Positions 1 to 10,779 are shown, counted from the first letter of the stretch. The stretch: 64,000 nt of DNA from Caecitellus pseudoparvulus (GCA_965644315.1 CBFFRQ010000030.1:617083-681082), one strand, 5' to 3'. Translations and numbers: made by a program. The notes: generated by a model from the sequence alone, not told the origin.

Positions 1-1578
1 CACCCGAGCACAGCCAGCCAGGTGGAAGCTGCGGTGAATCCCGTGAATGGCACCTTTGGCTTTGCACTGCGCCAGCAGGTCGTGTGTGCTAACCCCGCCT
101 GTCGGTACACCCGCTGCCACGACGCAAGTCACTTCGATCTACCCCTGGACTTCCCGCCCCCTGACGACACTGCGGACCCTGACCCGTCGCCAAGCATGCC
201 GGCGGCGAGTGTGGTTGACCTTAATGCTGCAGTTGACGATGCAGCTCCACTGCCCATGGGCTCTGCCAGCGCCCCACCTCCCACACCAACCGCAGCAGGA
301 CGGCGCCTCTTTCCCTTGCCTGAGCTGCTGCAACGCCACTTTCAAGAAGAGACGCTGCAGCTCCGGTGCGAGCGGTGTGGCCACGACAAGGTGCGCAGCA
401 GGTCCTTCCTTGCCTCGCTGCCCCGCGTGCTGGTGCTGCACCTGAAGCGCTTTGCCGTAGACCCGGTGTCAGGCGTGTGCCGCAAAGTCAACGACCTCGT
501 GCCCTTCCCCGCCACCCTGGACATGGAGCAGTACTGCTGGAAAGGCCTGCCTCCAGGCACGCAGTGGGCCAGCGAGGCACCCACGTGCCGTGACCCAGGC
601 TCGCTCGCCGTGGTTGGCGCGCCCCCCCCTCTGGACGTGGGGCAAGATGTGGAAGCGGCGGTGTCTCGTGCCCTGGCCTCCGCCTCGCCTGCACCTCCCC
701 AGGCGCCCAAGCATGACACCAGCCCCCCCCGCCCTGGGCAGGCGTCACCTTCCTTCGGCCTGGACGCTGATGCAGACGCGGCCTTTGGCCCTCAGCCGGA
801 GAGTCTGGAGCGCAGAGCCACGCCCACTGCGAGCAGCTGGGGTTGGGACATTCCCAGCGCCACAGCTGGCGCACGCCGCCCCCCTCTGAGTGCAGGCATG
901 TCCGGTTCTCAGCGCATGCAGGCGTTCGTGGCGCGCCGGCGAAACAGTGCCGCCAAGCCGCCGTCGTCCCACGCGCCAGGCTGGCGCGGTGCTGTGCCGC
1001 GAGATTTAGGGAGTGCTTTTGCTGCTGCCAGCAAGCGTGGAGCAGGTGGTGGCGGCCTGAAGGGGGGCGGCCGGGAGGGCAAAGTGCCGCACTGCGAGGG
1101 GCACGGCGACGTTGGGGTGGCGCTTGCGCAACGAGCCGCAGAGGCGCCCGCTGATAGTGCCGTGGGTGCAGGCGCAGGTGCAGCAGATGGCGGTGGTGGT
1201 GGTGGTGGTTGTGGTGGTGGTGATCCCTTGCAGCAGGGTGTGCTGTGGGCGGGTGCGCGGCCACGGTACACGTGCCAGGCCATTATCCAGCACGAAGGGC
1301 GGGGGGCCAGGGTGGGGCACTACACCACCCTCGTCGCTGGGCGGGCCGATGGGCGCATGCAGTGGGGTGCGGGGGCGTGGGAGGGCCCCATCGCGTGGGC
1401 GGCAGAGCAAGCGCAGGCAGGGGGCGGAGGCTGCCACGCGGGGGGAGAGGCATGGTGGCAGTACAACGACTCCACCGTTCGGCGAGCTGCCAAGGCGGAA
1501 GTGTTCGGGGATGACACCATGTCGGCGGCGTACCTTCTCATGTACGTCCTGGAGGAGCCGTTTGCTGGGAGCGCCTGA
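1..1578 (+). CDS. Ubiquitin carboxyl-terminal hydrolase (peptidase C19, USP26/29/37-like), 5'-truncated by the window edge
   Basis: Frame is open from base 1. USP motifs: CxxC finger pairs (CANPAC, CERCG), LPRVLVLHLKRF, His box HEG...GHYTT, WWQYNDSTV, AYLLMY. A long low-complexity insert sits between the boxes, as in USP37. The Cys box lies upstream of the window. Confidence 0.9.
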   Translation, partial: HPSTASQVEAAVNPVNGTFGFALRQQVVCANPACRYTRCHDASHFDLPLDFPPPDDTADPDPSPSMPAASVVDLNAAVDDAAPLPMGSASAPPPTPTAAGRRLFPLPELLQRHFQEETLQLRCERCGHDKVRSRSFLASLPRVLVLHLKRFAVDPVSGVCRKVNDLVPFPATLDMEQYCWKGLPPGTQWASEAPTCRDPGSLAVVGAPPPLDVGQDVEAAVSRALASASPAPPQAPKHDTSPPRPGQASPSFGLDADADAAFGPQPESLERRATPTASSWGWDIPSATAGARRPPLSAGMSGSQRMQAFVARRRNSAAKPPSSHAPGWRGAVPRDLGSAFAAASKRGAGGGGLKGGGREGKVPHCEGHGDVGVALAQRAAEAPADSAVGAGAGAADGGGGGGGCGGGDPLQQGVLWAGARPRYTCQAIIQHEGRGARVGHYTTLVAGRADGRMQWGAGAWEGPIAWAAEQAQAGGGGCHAGGEAWWQYNDSTVRRAAKAEVFGDDTMSAAYLLMYVLEEPFAGSA

Positions 1579-1943
1579 AACGCCGCCGCCTCCGCCCACT
1601 GCGTCGTGGCGGGGCGGAAATGCAATGCACCGCCCTAGATACCCTGCGGCCGCCCGCCGGCTACCCCCCAAGCCGGCATTGTCTACGACTTGGCAACATT
1701 TGTAACTCTCCCGCTGGATGGTCCTTGGGTTGGTACCTGCTGTGCTGGTTGATCGAGTTCATGGTGTCTCTCTGCGTTGGCGATGTCTGCATGCTCCGCG
1801 TCCTTTCTTCGACAGTGTCCCGTTCTACACAGTCCGCGAGTGTCCCGCCGGCGAAGGGGGGTTGGGAGTGCGCGACGTCGCTGATAATCCTCCCCTCAGC
1901 TTTTTGCCTGGTGTGACGACCAATTTCCGCGCCACTCTCTGCA

Positions 1944-2720
1944 ATGGCTCACGCACCGCTCGTGCAGCGGTGGCTCAACGCCGTGCAGGCATGCAAAGCT
2001 AGCAGTATTTGGCTGGATGTGGGCAGGGCAGAGTACGGCGCGACGCTCGCCCTGCAGCGTGCTCTGCTGCAGCAGCGCCTGGACGCCGTGGCAGGCAAGC
2101 AGGCTGAGCAGCACAGCTTGCCCGACGTCGTCATCGCCACTGAGCACGCCCCTGCAGTGTACACGCTGGGGCGCACGTCCACAGAAGCCAACCTGTTGTT
2201 TGACAGCAGGAAGCCTCCGCTCCCCGTGCACCGTGTGGAGCGGGGCGGGGAAGTCACGTATCACGGCCCTGGCCAGCTGACTGTGTACCCAGTGCTGAAC
2301 CTCACTCGCTTCAAGAAAGACGTCCGGTGGTACGTACATACACTGGAGAGCGTGCTCATCGACACGCTGGCGCACTGGCACCTGCAGGGCACGCGCTTGC
2401 CGGGCCTGCCTGGCGTCTTCCTGTCAACGGCCAATGGTGCGACGCCCAAGGTTGCCCAGGTGGGCATCGCGGCTAGCAAGTGGCACACCATGCATGGCAT
2501 CGCCCTGAACGTGGCCCCACACATGCCACACTTCAAGCACATTGTCCCCTGCGGCATCGCCGAGCACGCGGCCACCAGCATGGCGCAGTGTGTGGCGGCG
2601 GGCGCACCCCCCCTCACACTCCCAGCGGTGAAGGAACGACTAGCGAGGCACCTTCGCGAGGCACTGGGGTGTGATCTGGAGCACGTGGACCCGGCCGCAG
2701 ACAGGCGTGGGTGGCTGTGA
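1944..2720 (+). CDS. lipB: Lipoyl(octanoyl) transferase LipB/LIPT2
   Basis: Motifs EH.PAVYTLGR, RGGEVTYHGPGQLTVYP, KVAQVGI, TMHGIALNV and FKHIVPCGI (catalytic Lys/Cys). No intron needed. Confidence 0.95.
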   Translation: MAHAPLVQRWLNAVQACKASSIWLDVGRAEYGATLALQRALLQQRLDAVAGKQAEQHSLPDVVIATEHAPAVYTLGRTSTEANLLFDSRKPPLPVHRVERGGEVTYHGPGQLTVYPVLNLTRFKKDVRWYVHTLESVLIDTLAHWHLQGTRLPGLPGVFLSTANGATPKVAQVGIAASKWHTMHGIALNVAPHMPHFKHIVPCGIAEHAATSMAQCVAAGAPPLTLPAVKERLARHLREALGCDLEHVDPAADRRGWL

Positions 2721-2732
2721 CACGCTGCTGCA

Positions 2733-3755
2733 TTACTGCCCCTGCTTGGCGGTCCACTGCCGCAGCCACGTGCTTGACTGCAGCGTGTTGTTGCGCCGAG
2801 CAATGCAGATGACTTCCAGGGGGGGCATGCCTGCCGCCGTGCGCTTGTTGTTGATCCACGCCGCGCCAGAGAGTGTCTCGGTGGACACCACGATGGCGGT
2901 GAAGGCGGGGTCCGTCGCCGCCGCGCCACCTGGGTCATCCAGCCGTGCCACGGTGAGGTGCAGGTCAGGCGCGACGCTGGCCAGAAACCCCCGCACAGCG
3001 CCCTCACGCTCCTCGTAGCTCTGCAGCACCTCGGCATGTTTCTTCTTGGACAGCAGGGCGGGGCCCGTCAGGCCGATGTACAGGTGTCCGCTGCCTGCCT
3101 CCGTCACCGCCGCCGCAGTGGCCAGCAGCTTCCGGTGCCCTGCGTGCATGTGGTCGAAGGTGCCGCCCACGGCGACGAGGGAGTGAGCGGGAAGGGGCGC
3201 AGAGGCAGCCTCCACCACCGTCACGCCACTGTAGTCCTGCGTGGGCACTTGCACCAGCTGTCCAGACCAGGCCGTGGGCAGCCACTGCACCAGCTTCGCG
3301 TCGGCAGCATCCACCAACACTGCGTCTGCGGCCTGGGCCACTGCGCCCAGCTCCTGCGCCACGACGGTGCCGCCCAGCGCTGCTCCGGGCACCACTGTGC
3401 ACTGCAGCATGGGCTTGCCCACGTCACAGGCTGCCGTGTACGCTTCGTCGTACAGTGCCATCATGTACTTCGCCAGCAGCGCCTGGTCCAGGCTGGTGGG
3501 ACCTGGTCGCAGCCAGATGGTCAACTTCTTCGCCACCTGCTTGCAGCTCTCAAACAGGACTTCATTGTGGTTGAAGGTCGGGGCAGACTCGTTTGCATAG
3601 TCAAGAACTAGCACGCCGTGGTCCAGGGTGGGTGTCGCCGGCTGTGCGGCTGTGGCCGATGCCCAACGCGCTGCTGCTGCACACGCGCAACGCCGGCGTA
3701 ACGCCGCCGTCACGCCCAAGGCAGCCCCCGCGCTGAGGGCCAAAGCAGCAGCCAT
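2733..3755 (-). CDS. Eukaryotic-type phosphopantetheine adenylyltransferase (cytidylyltransferase superfamily) with N-terminal extension
   Basis: Motifs VGGTFDHMHAGHRKLL (HxGH), KKH.E.LQSYEER, IVVSTETLSGA..IN.KR...GMPPL and SSTWLR. First ATG at 3755. Confidence 0.88.
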   Translation of the reverse strand: MAAALALSAGAALGVTAALRRRCACAAAARWASATAAQPATPTLDHGVLVLDYANESAPTFNHNEVLFESCKQVAKKLTIWLRPGPTSLDQALLAKYMMALYDEAYTAACDVGKPMLQCTVVPGAALGGTVVAQELGAVAQAADAVLVDAADAKLVQWLPTAWSGQLVQVPTQDYSGVTVVEAASAPLPAHSLVAVGGTFDHMHAGHRKLLATAAAVTEAGSGHLYIGLTGPALLSKKKHAEVLQSYEEREGAVRGFLASVAPDLHLTVARLDDPGGAAATDPAFTAIVVSTETLSGAAWINNKRTAAGMPPLEVICIARRNNTLQSSTWLRQWTAKQGQ

Positions 3756-3890
3756 CCAAAGCACTCAAAGTGGGTAAATCAACACAAAACACCTTGATAC
3801 TGGCTCATGTGGTACAGTGCGCGCTTCTGACTGAGGATTTGCCCACTCCCAGCAATTGTCGCTGCAAATCGAAGGCAGCCTTCGCTTGCC

Positions 3891-5233
3891 ATGGCTGCCG
3901 CCGCCGCTACTGGCGCTGAGGGTGGAAGCAGCAAGGCGCCGAGTGGGGCAGGTGAAACCTGCATCAGCATTCCATCTGCTGGGGGCTACGATAAGCTCCT
4001 TGTCGCGCAGGGGGGAGAAGTGCAATGCGACGCGCTGCTGGCTCCGCAGAACCAGGACAAGCAAGGCGGCGTGGACCGAAGCCGCACGGTGACAGTGCAG
4101 ATCCACGCTGCAGGGGTGAACTACGCCGATGTCTGCATTCGATGGGGGTTGTATGCGTCTGCAGCTGAGTACGTCGGCTACCCCATCACGCCTGGTGTGT
4201 GTCGCATGCCTGCTCAGCGATTTCCGCAGCCGCAGCACGCGCCCCCACTCACTCCCTGCTGTCCCCGCCAGGCTTTGAATTTGCGGGGACAGTGCTGAGC
4301 ACATCACATGCCGATTCACCGTTCCACGCTGGGCAGCGTGTGTTTGGCGTGACGTTGTTCGGGGCGTACAGCACCGGCGTCCGCGTGCCGGAGCACCAGC
4401 TGTTTGCCATGCCAGATGGCATGACCATGGCGCAGGGAGCAGCGGTGCTGGCCACGTACTTCACAGCGTACTACGCGTTCCACGAACTGGCCAGACCACC
4501 CCCCGGCTCCAGCGTCCTCATCCACTCGGCAGCCGGCGGGGTGGGGTCCACCCTTGCCCGCCTCGCCCACGCCGCTGGATGCCGTGCAGTGGGTGTCGTG
4601 GGTGCGCCCAACAAGGCCGCCTTCGCCGCCGCAGCGGGCTGTGCGGCGGTCATCACCAAGGCCGCTGCTGCCTCGACGGTGAGTGACTCCGCACAGGCGG
4701 GTGCGGCAGGCAAAGCGACTGTGCGGCACGCCATAGGCAGCTCAGCGCGCCTGTGGCAGGCAGTGGCGGAGGAGGGGGGTGAGGGGGGGTACCGGGCCAT
4801 CTTCGACGCCAATGGCGTGGCCACGTTGTCAGGCAGCTACAGTGCCCTGGCCCCAGCAGGGCGCTTGGTGGTGTATGGATTCCACTCCATGCTGCCGCGG
4901 CAGGGGGGGGTGCTGGGCCTCGGCCAGTGGCTGCGCATGGCGTGGGACTACCTCTGTACGCCGCGCTTCGACCCCCTGCACATGGTCACGGCCAACAAGA
5001 GCGTCATGGCCTTCAACCTCAGCTTCCTCTTCAACGAGGTGGCTCTCCTGGACATTGCCATGGACACCTTCCGGCGCCTGTGGGCGGATGGGACCTTGGC
5101 AGCCGGCCTCACAATCGCGACATTCCCTCTGGAAGACGTGGCCGCTGCCCACGCCGCAATTGAAAGCGGCACGACCAAGGGCAAGCTGGTGCTCATCACA
5201 CGGCACTGTGCCGAGCACGACGCCAGTGCGTGA
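3891..5233 (+). CDS. VAT-1-like NADPH quinone oxidoreductase (MDR superfamily); exons 3891-4194 and 4272-5233
   Basis: AAGVNYADV..RWGLY in exon 1. Intron 4195-4271 (77 nt, GT..AG) restores YPITPG/FEFAG. Later motifs VLIHSAAGGVGS, IFDANG, GRLVVYGFHSMLP and IESGTTKGKLVL. Confidence 0.9.
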
Positions 5234-5261
5234 GCCCAATGCACAGCCCTCCACGGCAGAG

Positions 5262-7502
5262 TCAGTCACTGTCGCTGCTGTCGCTGTCACTGCTGCTGTC
5301 ACTGCTGCTGGACTGGGGGCTCTGCTCGCCTTGAGGCTCGAACGCGTCGTCCAGGGGAATGCGCTCACCCTCACTGGCGGTCAGGGCCGCCACCGGTTCC
5401 ACCTCCTGCAAGTCCCCGGCCCGCTCAGCGGCCAGGATACTAGGCACTTGGGCCAGGCAGCGCTTATAACGGGGCACCAGCGGCGTGAAGGCAGAGCGCT
5501 CCAGCTGCAGCTGAGACACTTTGGCGCTGCCGTCGGGCAGCACCATGTCTGCGCGAAGGGTGTGCATCATGTCCAGGAAGAACTTGCGCTGCTTGGAGAG
5601 CAGGATGGTGTAGGCGGCGCCATCCCGCCCAGCGCGGGCAGCTCGCCCCACACGGTGCACGTACGTCCGGATGCTGCCTGGTGGGTCGTAGGACACGGTG
5701 GCGGCGACGTTGGGCAGGTCCAGCCCGCGTGCAGCAGCGTCTGAGGACACCAGGACGCGCACCTGGCCACTGGCCGCCTGTGCCAGCATGGCTGAGCGCG
5801 CATCCTGCCGCAGGCTGGAGCTGAACTCGGCGACAGTGCAGGTGGCGCGGGCAGGCGTGGCCTGGGAGGGCGGGATGTCGGCCCCCGTGCCGTGCAGCTG
5901 CAGCAGGCGTGTGAGGCGGTGCGTGGCGGTGAGGGAGCCCGTGAACACGAGGACAACGCTGCGGGGGGGTGCCGCTGCCAGTGCTGCCAGGATGAGGTGC
6001 AGTGCCGCCAAGGACTTGTCACGCGCCTTGACGGTGACGAACCGCTCGGTGAGGTTGGCGGGGGTGATGAACTTGCCCCCTGCCGTGCCCTCGTGCAGGG
6101 CAGCCGCCTCGCCGGCGTCGCTGCCTGCCGCCACATCCCGCACAGTGGTGAAGTGGGTGGGCCTGTGCAGGGCCAGGGCTGCCATGTGCTGGGGGTTGTT
6201 GGTGAGTGTGGCCGACACCAGCACCCGGCGGAGGGGGTGGGCCAGGGCAGCAGGGGGAAGACAGGCAGGGCTGGACGTGCCTGGCAGCGCCAAAGCAGCC
6301 AAGGCAAAGTTATGGGCGACGAGGCTGCTGTTGGAGCCCGCCCCCGCGCCCAGCATGCCTGATGAGACCAGGGTGCCGGGGATGGCGCTGCCCACTGCTG
6401 GGCGGTGCTCCGTCCACACAGCCTCATACACGCGGCGAATCCAGTGGTTGTACGACTGTGCCAGCAGACGGTCTGCCTCGTCCACCACCATCCACTGCAG
6501 CGCCGCCAGGCTGAACCCTGGCGTGCGGTCCAGGTGATCCACCAGGCGCCCGGGCGTGGCCACCACGACATCCACCGGACCCGACACCGCCGCCGCCTCC
6601 ACAGCCAAGGAGGTGTGCCCCGTCACCAGCTCTACCCGCAGACCCAGGGCGCCACCCAGGGCTGCAGCGATGCCGTGCACTTGCGCGGCAAGTTCTCGCG
6701 TCGGCAGCAACACCAGACCCCGCAGACCCCGCCCGCCCTGCTCTGCCAGGGCGTGCAGCATGGGAAGCAGGTATGCGAGGGTCTTGCCGCTGCCCGTGGG
6801 AGCGGTGATGGCGACATCTCCAAGGCAGCTGACGTCCCCAGCGGCCGTCGCCGCCACCAGTGCAGGCACGACGTCGCGCTGGACAGGGAACCACCTGTCG
6901 TGCCCCAGCGCTTCCACGGCAGCTATGAGGTCCGACCGCAAACCCCACTCTGCCGCCTCCTTTGCCAGACTGCCTGCCGGGCTCGGGGTCGTGCCAATGG
7001 CCTTCGTGCTCAGCACGGCACGGGTGCCCACTGCAGCGCCTGCACCACTGCCGGCAGCCTCCACTGCCGCCTGGCGCACTGCGCGCCGCCCAGCACTCTC
7101 CTTCGCAGAGGGAGCAAGGGCGCCATCCTGGCGCATGTGCTTGGCAAGGCTGGCCAGCGTGAAGTCTTGCGGGGCTTCAGCGGCACTGGCATGAGCTGTG
7201 GGGCTGCCGATTTCCGCACTGCTCCTCGAGCCGTCACTGGACGCACCAGACCCAGACGAGGAGGACGATCCAGAAGCGCTGGATGCATGGCTAGCGGCAC
7301 TACTATCTGAGTCTGCTCGGGCGCGCTTCGGTGTCGGCGCAGCAGCTCTGGAATGGGGTGCATCGGCTGTTCCGTGCGGGGAGGCTGCGGAACTTGGGCG
7401 TCCACGCTTGCCTCGTGCAAGAGTCGCCTTCAGCTTCGCCACAGCATCTTCTTTCCCCTGCACCGCAGCATCACCAAGTCCGTGCCGTTGAATGCCGAAC
7501 AT
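5262..7502 (-). CDS. DDX51: DEAD-box RNA helicase DDX51/Dbp6 (60S ribosome biogenesis)
   Basis: Q-motif WFPVQ, APTGSGKTLAY, PTRELAAQV, TPGRLVDHL, DEADRLL, SAT, ARGLD, YVHRVGRAARAG. DEADRLLAQSYNHW and SATLTNNP..MAAL.LH.P fit the DDX51 subfamily. First ATG at 7502; the ORF-track start at 7577 is TTG. Confidence 0.85.
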   Translation of the reverse strand: MFGIQRHGLGDAAVQGKEDAVAKLKATLARGKRGRPSSAASPHGTADAPHSRAAAPTPKRARADSDSSAASHASSASGSSSSSGSGASSDGSRSSAEIGSPTAHASAAEAPQDFTLASLAKHMRQDGALAPSAKESAGRRAVRQAAVEAAGSGAGAAVGTRAVLSTKAIGTTPSPAGSLAKEAAEWGLRSDLIAAVEALGHDRWFPVQRDVVPALVAATAAGDVSCLGDVAITAPTGSGKTLAYLLPMLHALAEQGGRGLRGLVLLPTRELAAQVHGIAAALGGALGLRVELVTGHTSLAVEAAAVSGPVDVVVATPGRLVDHLDRTPGFSLAALQWMVVDEADRLLAQSYNHWIRRVYEAVWTEHRPAVGSAIPGTLVSSGMLGAGAGSNSSLVAHNFALAALALPGTSSPACLPPAALAHPLRRVLVSATLTNNPQHMAALALHRPTHFTTVRDVAAGSDAGEAAALHEGTAGGKFITPANLTERFVTVKARDKSLAALHLILAALAAAPPRSVVLVFTGSLTATHRLTRLLQLHGTGADIPPSQATPARATCTVAEFSSSLRQDARSAMLAQAASGQVRVLVSSDAAARGLDLPNVAATVSYDPPGSIRTYVHRVGRAARAGRDGAAYTILLSKQRKFFLDMMHTLRADMVLPDGSAKVSQLQLERSAFTPLVPRYKRCLAQVPSILAAERAGDLQEVEPVAALTASEGERIPLDDAFEPQGEQSPQSSSSDSSSDSDSSDSD

Positions 7503-7976
7503 GACGTTCGAATCCGGTGCGCAATGCCCCTGGGCAAGACTTCCAGTCGACGAAGCTGCAGATTCGAGCTGCTCCAACCCACGCGCAGACCTGCCACACT
7601 TGCAAAGCAGACAGGTGCTTCAAGGTCCTCAGTTTAAATGGTGGTTATTTGAGTATTGGGGAGTGGCCTTCCTTTCATTCCAGTGGCACGAAGCCCCCAT
7701 CCTTGGCCGCTGGCGCGAGGCAAAGATCGTGTCAGAGTCGCCTGGACGCCGAAATGTGAGGGGGGCAGCGGGGGGCACAAGGGCAATCGCCACCACTGCA
7801 CACAATCCAAACACACACCCACAAATGACAAGCTTCCCAACCTTCAAGGACACCTGGTTCACTCTGCCCTACTTCTGTGTGAGTACCCGCATGGCGGTGG
7901 CATGTGCACTGCGGCACTGCACCTCACGCACCACCACGCCGTTTCCCTCTCCAGGCCCAGCAGGCCACGCATTCAG

Positions 7977-10779
7977 ATGGCTGCAGCCTCAGACACGTTC
8001 GGCTCGGCAGTTGACCCTGAATCGGAGGAGGGGTTTGCCTCCAAGACGGCCGTTTCGCCTGAGGAAGGTAAGTTTGTGGTGTGTTGCGGGTCATTCTAAG
8101 AAATGTCTTGGCGCTCTGAGCACTCCGCGCGTCGCATGCACGGGGACGGCCATCGCCGCCTGGACTCGCACACTGGGCGTGTGATGGGAGTATAAGACTA
8201 TGTTCCTGCTCTGTGTCCTGCTTTGCGCTCCGAAGGGCTCCGCTCCGCGCCACCGCGCCCTGTATCGGCCGCGTCGGCGGCGCCTTCCTTCACACACGCA
8301 CGACACACCACCGCACCACGCAGTCGGCGTGGAGCTTGGCGGGACAGCCCTCCCTTACGAACGCAAGCATGACGTGCCTGAACACCTGGAAGCCGAGTTC
8401 GGCATGACCCTGCCTGACCCAAGCCAGCCCCGCACCGAAGACAGCTTCAACACGCTGGGCATCGACATCGTGCGGGACAACAGCAACCGAGTGAACACCA
8501 ACGCCGACCTCGTGCGGGCCGTGAACGACTACGACTACACGGGCTCCTGGGCAGGGCGCACCGTGGGCATCCTAGCCACGGCACTCAGCCTCGGCGGCTA
8601 CTACGCCAGCCAACGCAAAGTGGTGCGTCCGGGGCACTTTGGGCACTACGTCAGCTCAGGCCGCCACATGCTGGTGCCGCCTGGCATCCACTCCCTGGTG
8701 TCCACGACAGACACGTGGGCTGTGCCGTACGAAGTGCCCATGGATGACGAGGACCGTGCCGTGCGCACGTTCGGCAGCAAGACGCTGCTCATCTGCCCAG
8801 AGAACCATGTGGGGGGCGCCTTCCGCATCGGCAAGCACGCCGATGACCGGGAGGATGGCGAGTTTGTGCTCATGCTGCCGGGCCGCCACGTGCTGCCCGA
8901 GGAGAACTACCGCCAGGTGCAGGTGGTGCAGCTTGAAGCGGGGCGTGTGCAGCTGGGCCCCATCACCCTCCTGTGGGTGAAGGAGAACTTCCTTGGTGGC
9001 GCATACCGCCGGGCAACGGGCGTGTACGAGGTGTTCAACCCGGGCGCACCATACTGCCTGCATGCAAAGCACTGGGACGACATTGAAGTCGTGGAGCGCC
9101 GCCTGGACGTGTTCCGCCTGGGCCCCCTCACGTTTGTGACGGTGCTGGAGGGGCAGCTGGCTGGGGCGTTCGAGAAAGGCACAGGGCAGTACCGCATCTT
9201 GCCCCCCGGCCACACGTACCAGCTGCACAACAAGGAGTACGAGGGTCTGCAGGTGGTGGAGCGCGCCGACAACTTCCGCCTGGGGCCCTACTACTTCATC
9301 ACGGTGCAGGATGGCTGGGTGGCTGGCGCGTACGCAAAGAAGACAGGCCGGTGGGTGCCGCTGCCCGCCGGCGCCTCCTACCAGCTCAATGTGGAGGAGT
9401 GGATGGAGCCCAAGATGTCCCGCCGTGACACGCACGTGGTGACGGTGGGCCCCCTCACATACCTGACCACCCGCCCCGACACGCTGTCTGGCGCCTTCCG
9501 TGTCGATGATGGCGCATGGGTGGAGTTCGACGAGGACGGCAAGGAGTACGTCCTGCACAACAAGGAGTACCACTCCGTCACCTCCATCGGCAAGTACTCC
9601 AACAGGCCCCAGACGTTCGGGCCCAACGTCGTCGTGACCATCCCCGACGGCGCGTGGGGCATCATGACCCGCATGGGTACCATGGAGATCAAGAAGCCCG
9701 GGTACTACAAGGTGTCCTCCGAGTACACCGTCCTGCCCTCCATCCCCTCCAACACCTTCACGTCCCAGTTTGACCAGCACCAGTTCAAGAGCAAGGACGG
9801 CATCCTCATGGACGTCACCCTGAACATGGTGTGGCGAGTGAGCGACCCTCAGCTGGTCGCGTTGTTCCCAGGCTCCTTCGAGGAGCTCCGCGCCACCCTG
9901 GGCCGCACAGTCCTCAGCAACCTCGTCAAGCAGTGCATGAGCTACAACCGCGAGCAGCTGCTGCCCACCCAGCAGGACATCATGGCCGGCCGCGGCAGCG
10001 ACTTGGGGGAGGAAGAGCTGGCTGCGCTGGTGGCCGCCGCAGACGACGCCAAGGCGAAGCTGTACAGCAGCATCGAAGGTGTGGTGCTGACAACCCTGCA
10101 GGAGCGCAGCAAGATGGGTTCCTGGGGGCTGGAGATCGTCTCCGTGCTGGTGGAGGGCTTCCGTCTCCTGGACGAAGGCATCATCGCCGACCTCGCCGGC
10201 ATCACCCGCTCCATCATCGCCACAAAGGCGGAGAAGGTGAAGGGGGAGCTGTCCATCGCCCAGGCCGAGGCAGAGAAGGAAGCCAACAAGAAGCGCGCCG
10301 AGGCGTCCGGTGCCGTGCGCATCCAGGAAGCCCAGGCGGCTGCGGAGGTGCAGGAGACGGAGGCACGTGCCTTGGCCAAGGCGCGTGTCGTGGAGGCCAA
10401 GGCTGAGCGTGACATGCAGGTGCTGGAGGCGTCCTCCAAGGCCAAGGCCGATGCGGAGGCCCGCAGTGTGCAGCTGGAGATCTCCACTCGGGAAAAGCGC
10501 GAGAGCGCGCAAGCCGAGGCCGACGCCATCAAGCTGCTGGCGGCTGCCAACCACGAAAAGGCCATGAAGGAAGCGGAGGCTGCCGCCGCCATCCCACCCC
10601 AGCAGGTGCAGCTGGAGCAGGCTCGCTATGCCGTGGAGGCCCTGGAGAAGCTCGGCGCGGCTGCGTGGCGTCACCCGGAGCCCATGATGGAGGCGCTGGA
10701 CCAGCTGAAGCCTTTCCTGCGCCTGGGCAGCACTTCCCTTGCAGACCTGCCTGCCACTCGAGGCAGCGCGGGGCACTGA
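7977..10779 (+). CDS. SPFH/Band 7 protein with about seven tandem N-terminal beta-repeats and an Ala/Glu coiled coil (vacuolin/flotillin-like); exons 7977-8067 and 8324-10779
   Basis: Intron 8068-8323 (GTAAGT..CAG) joins MAAASDTF...PEE to VGVELGG in frame. SPFH core: SKDGILMDVTLNMVWRVSDP...WGLEIVSVLVEG. C-terminal AEAE/AQAE heptads. Repeats of about 55 aa matching [FL]xxVxEGxxxGA[FY]xxxxGxxxxLxPGxxY...LGPxT. Confidence 0.85.

Noticed and set aside
1189-1222. (GGT)n tract; also (GT)n at about 33930-33944 and (CAGCGC)n at about 21400-21420
   Set aside because: Simple microsatellites (poly-Gly codons, 3' UTR and intron). No spacer structure, so not CRISPR or telomeric repeats.
1944-2720. Bacterial-looking intronless LipB suggesting prokaryotic contamination or an HGT island
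   Set aside because: LipB/LIPT2 is a standard organellar enzyme in eukaryotes, and its composition matches the intron-containing neighbours.
7500-7520. GTTCGAATCC, a tRNA T-loop/B-box-like motif
   Set aside because: No cloverleaf, acceptor stem or A-box can be built around it; it sits at the DDX51 start.
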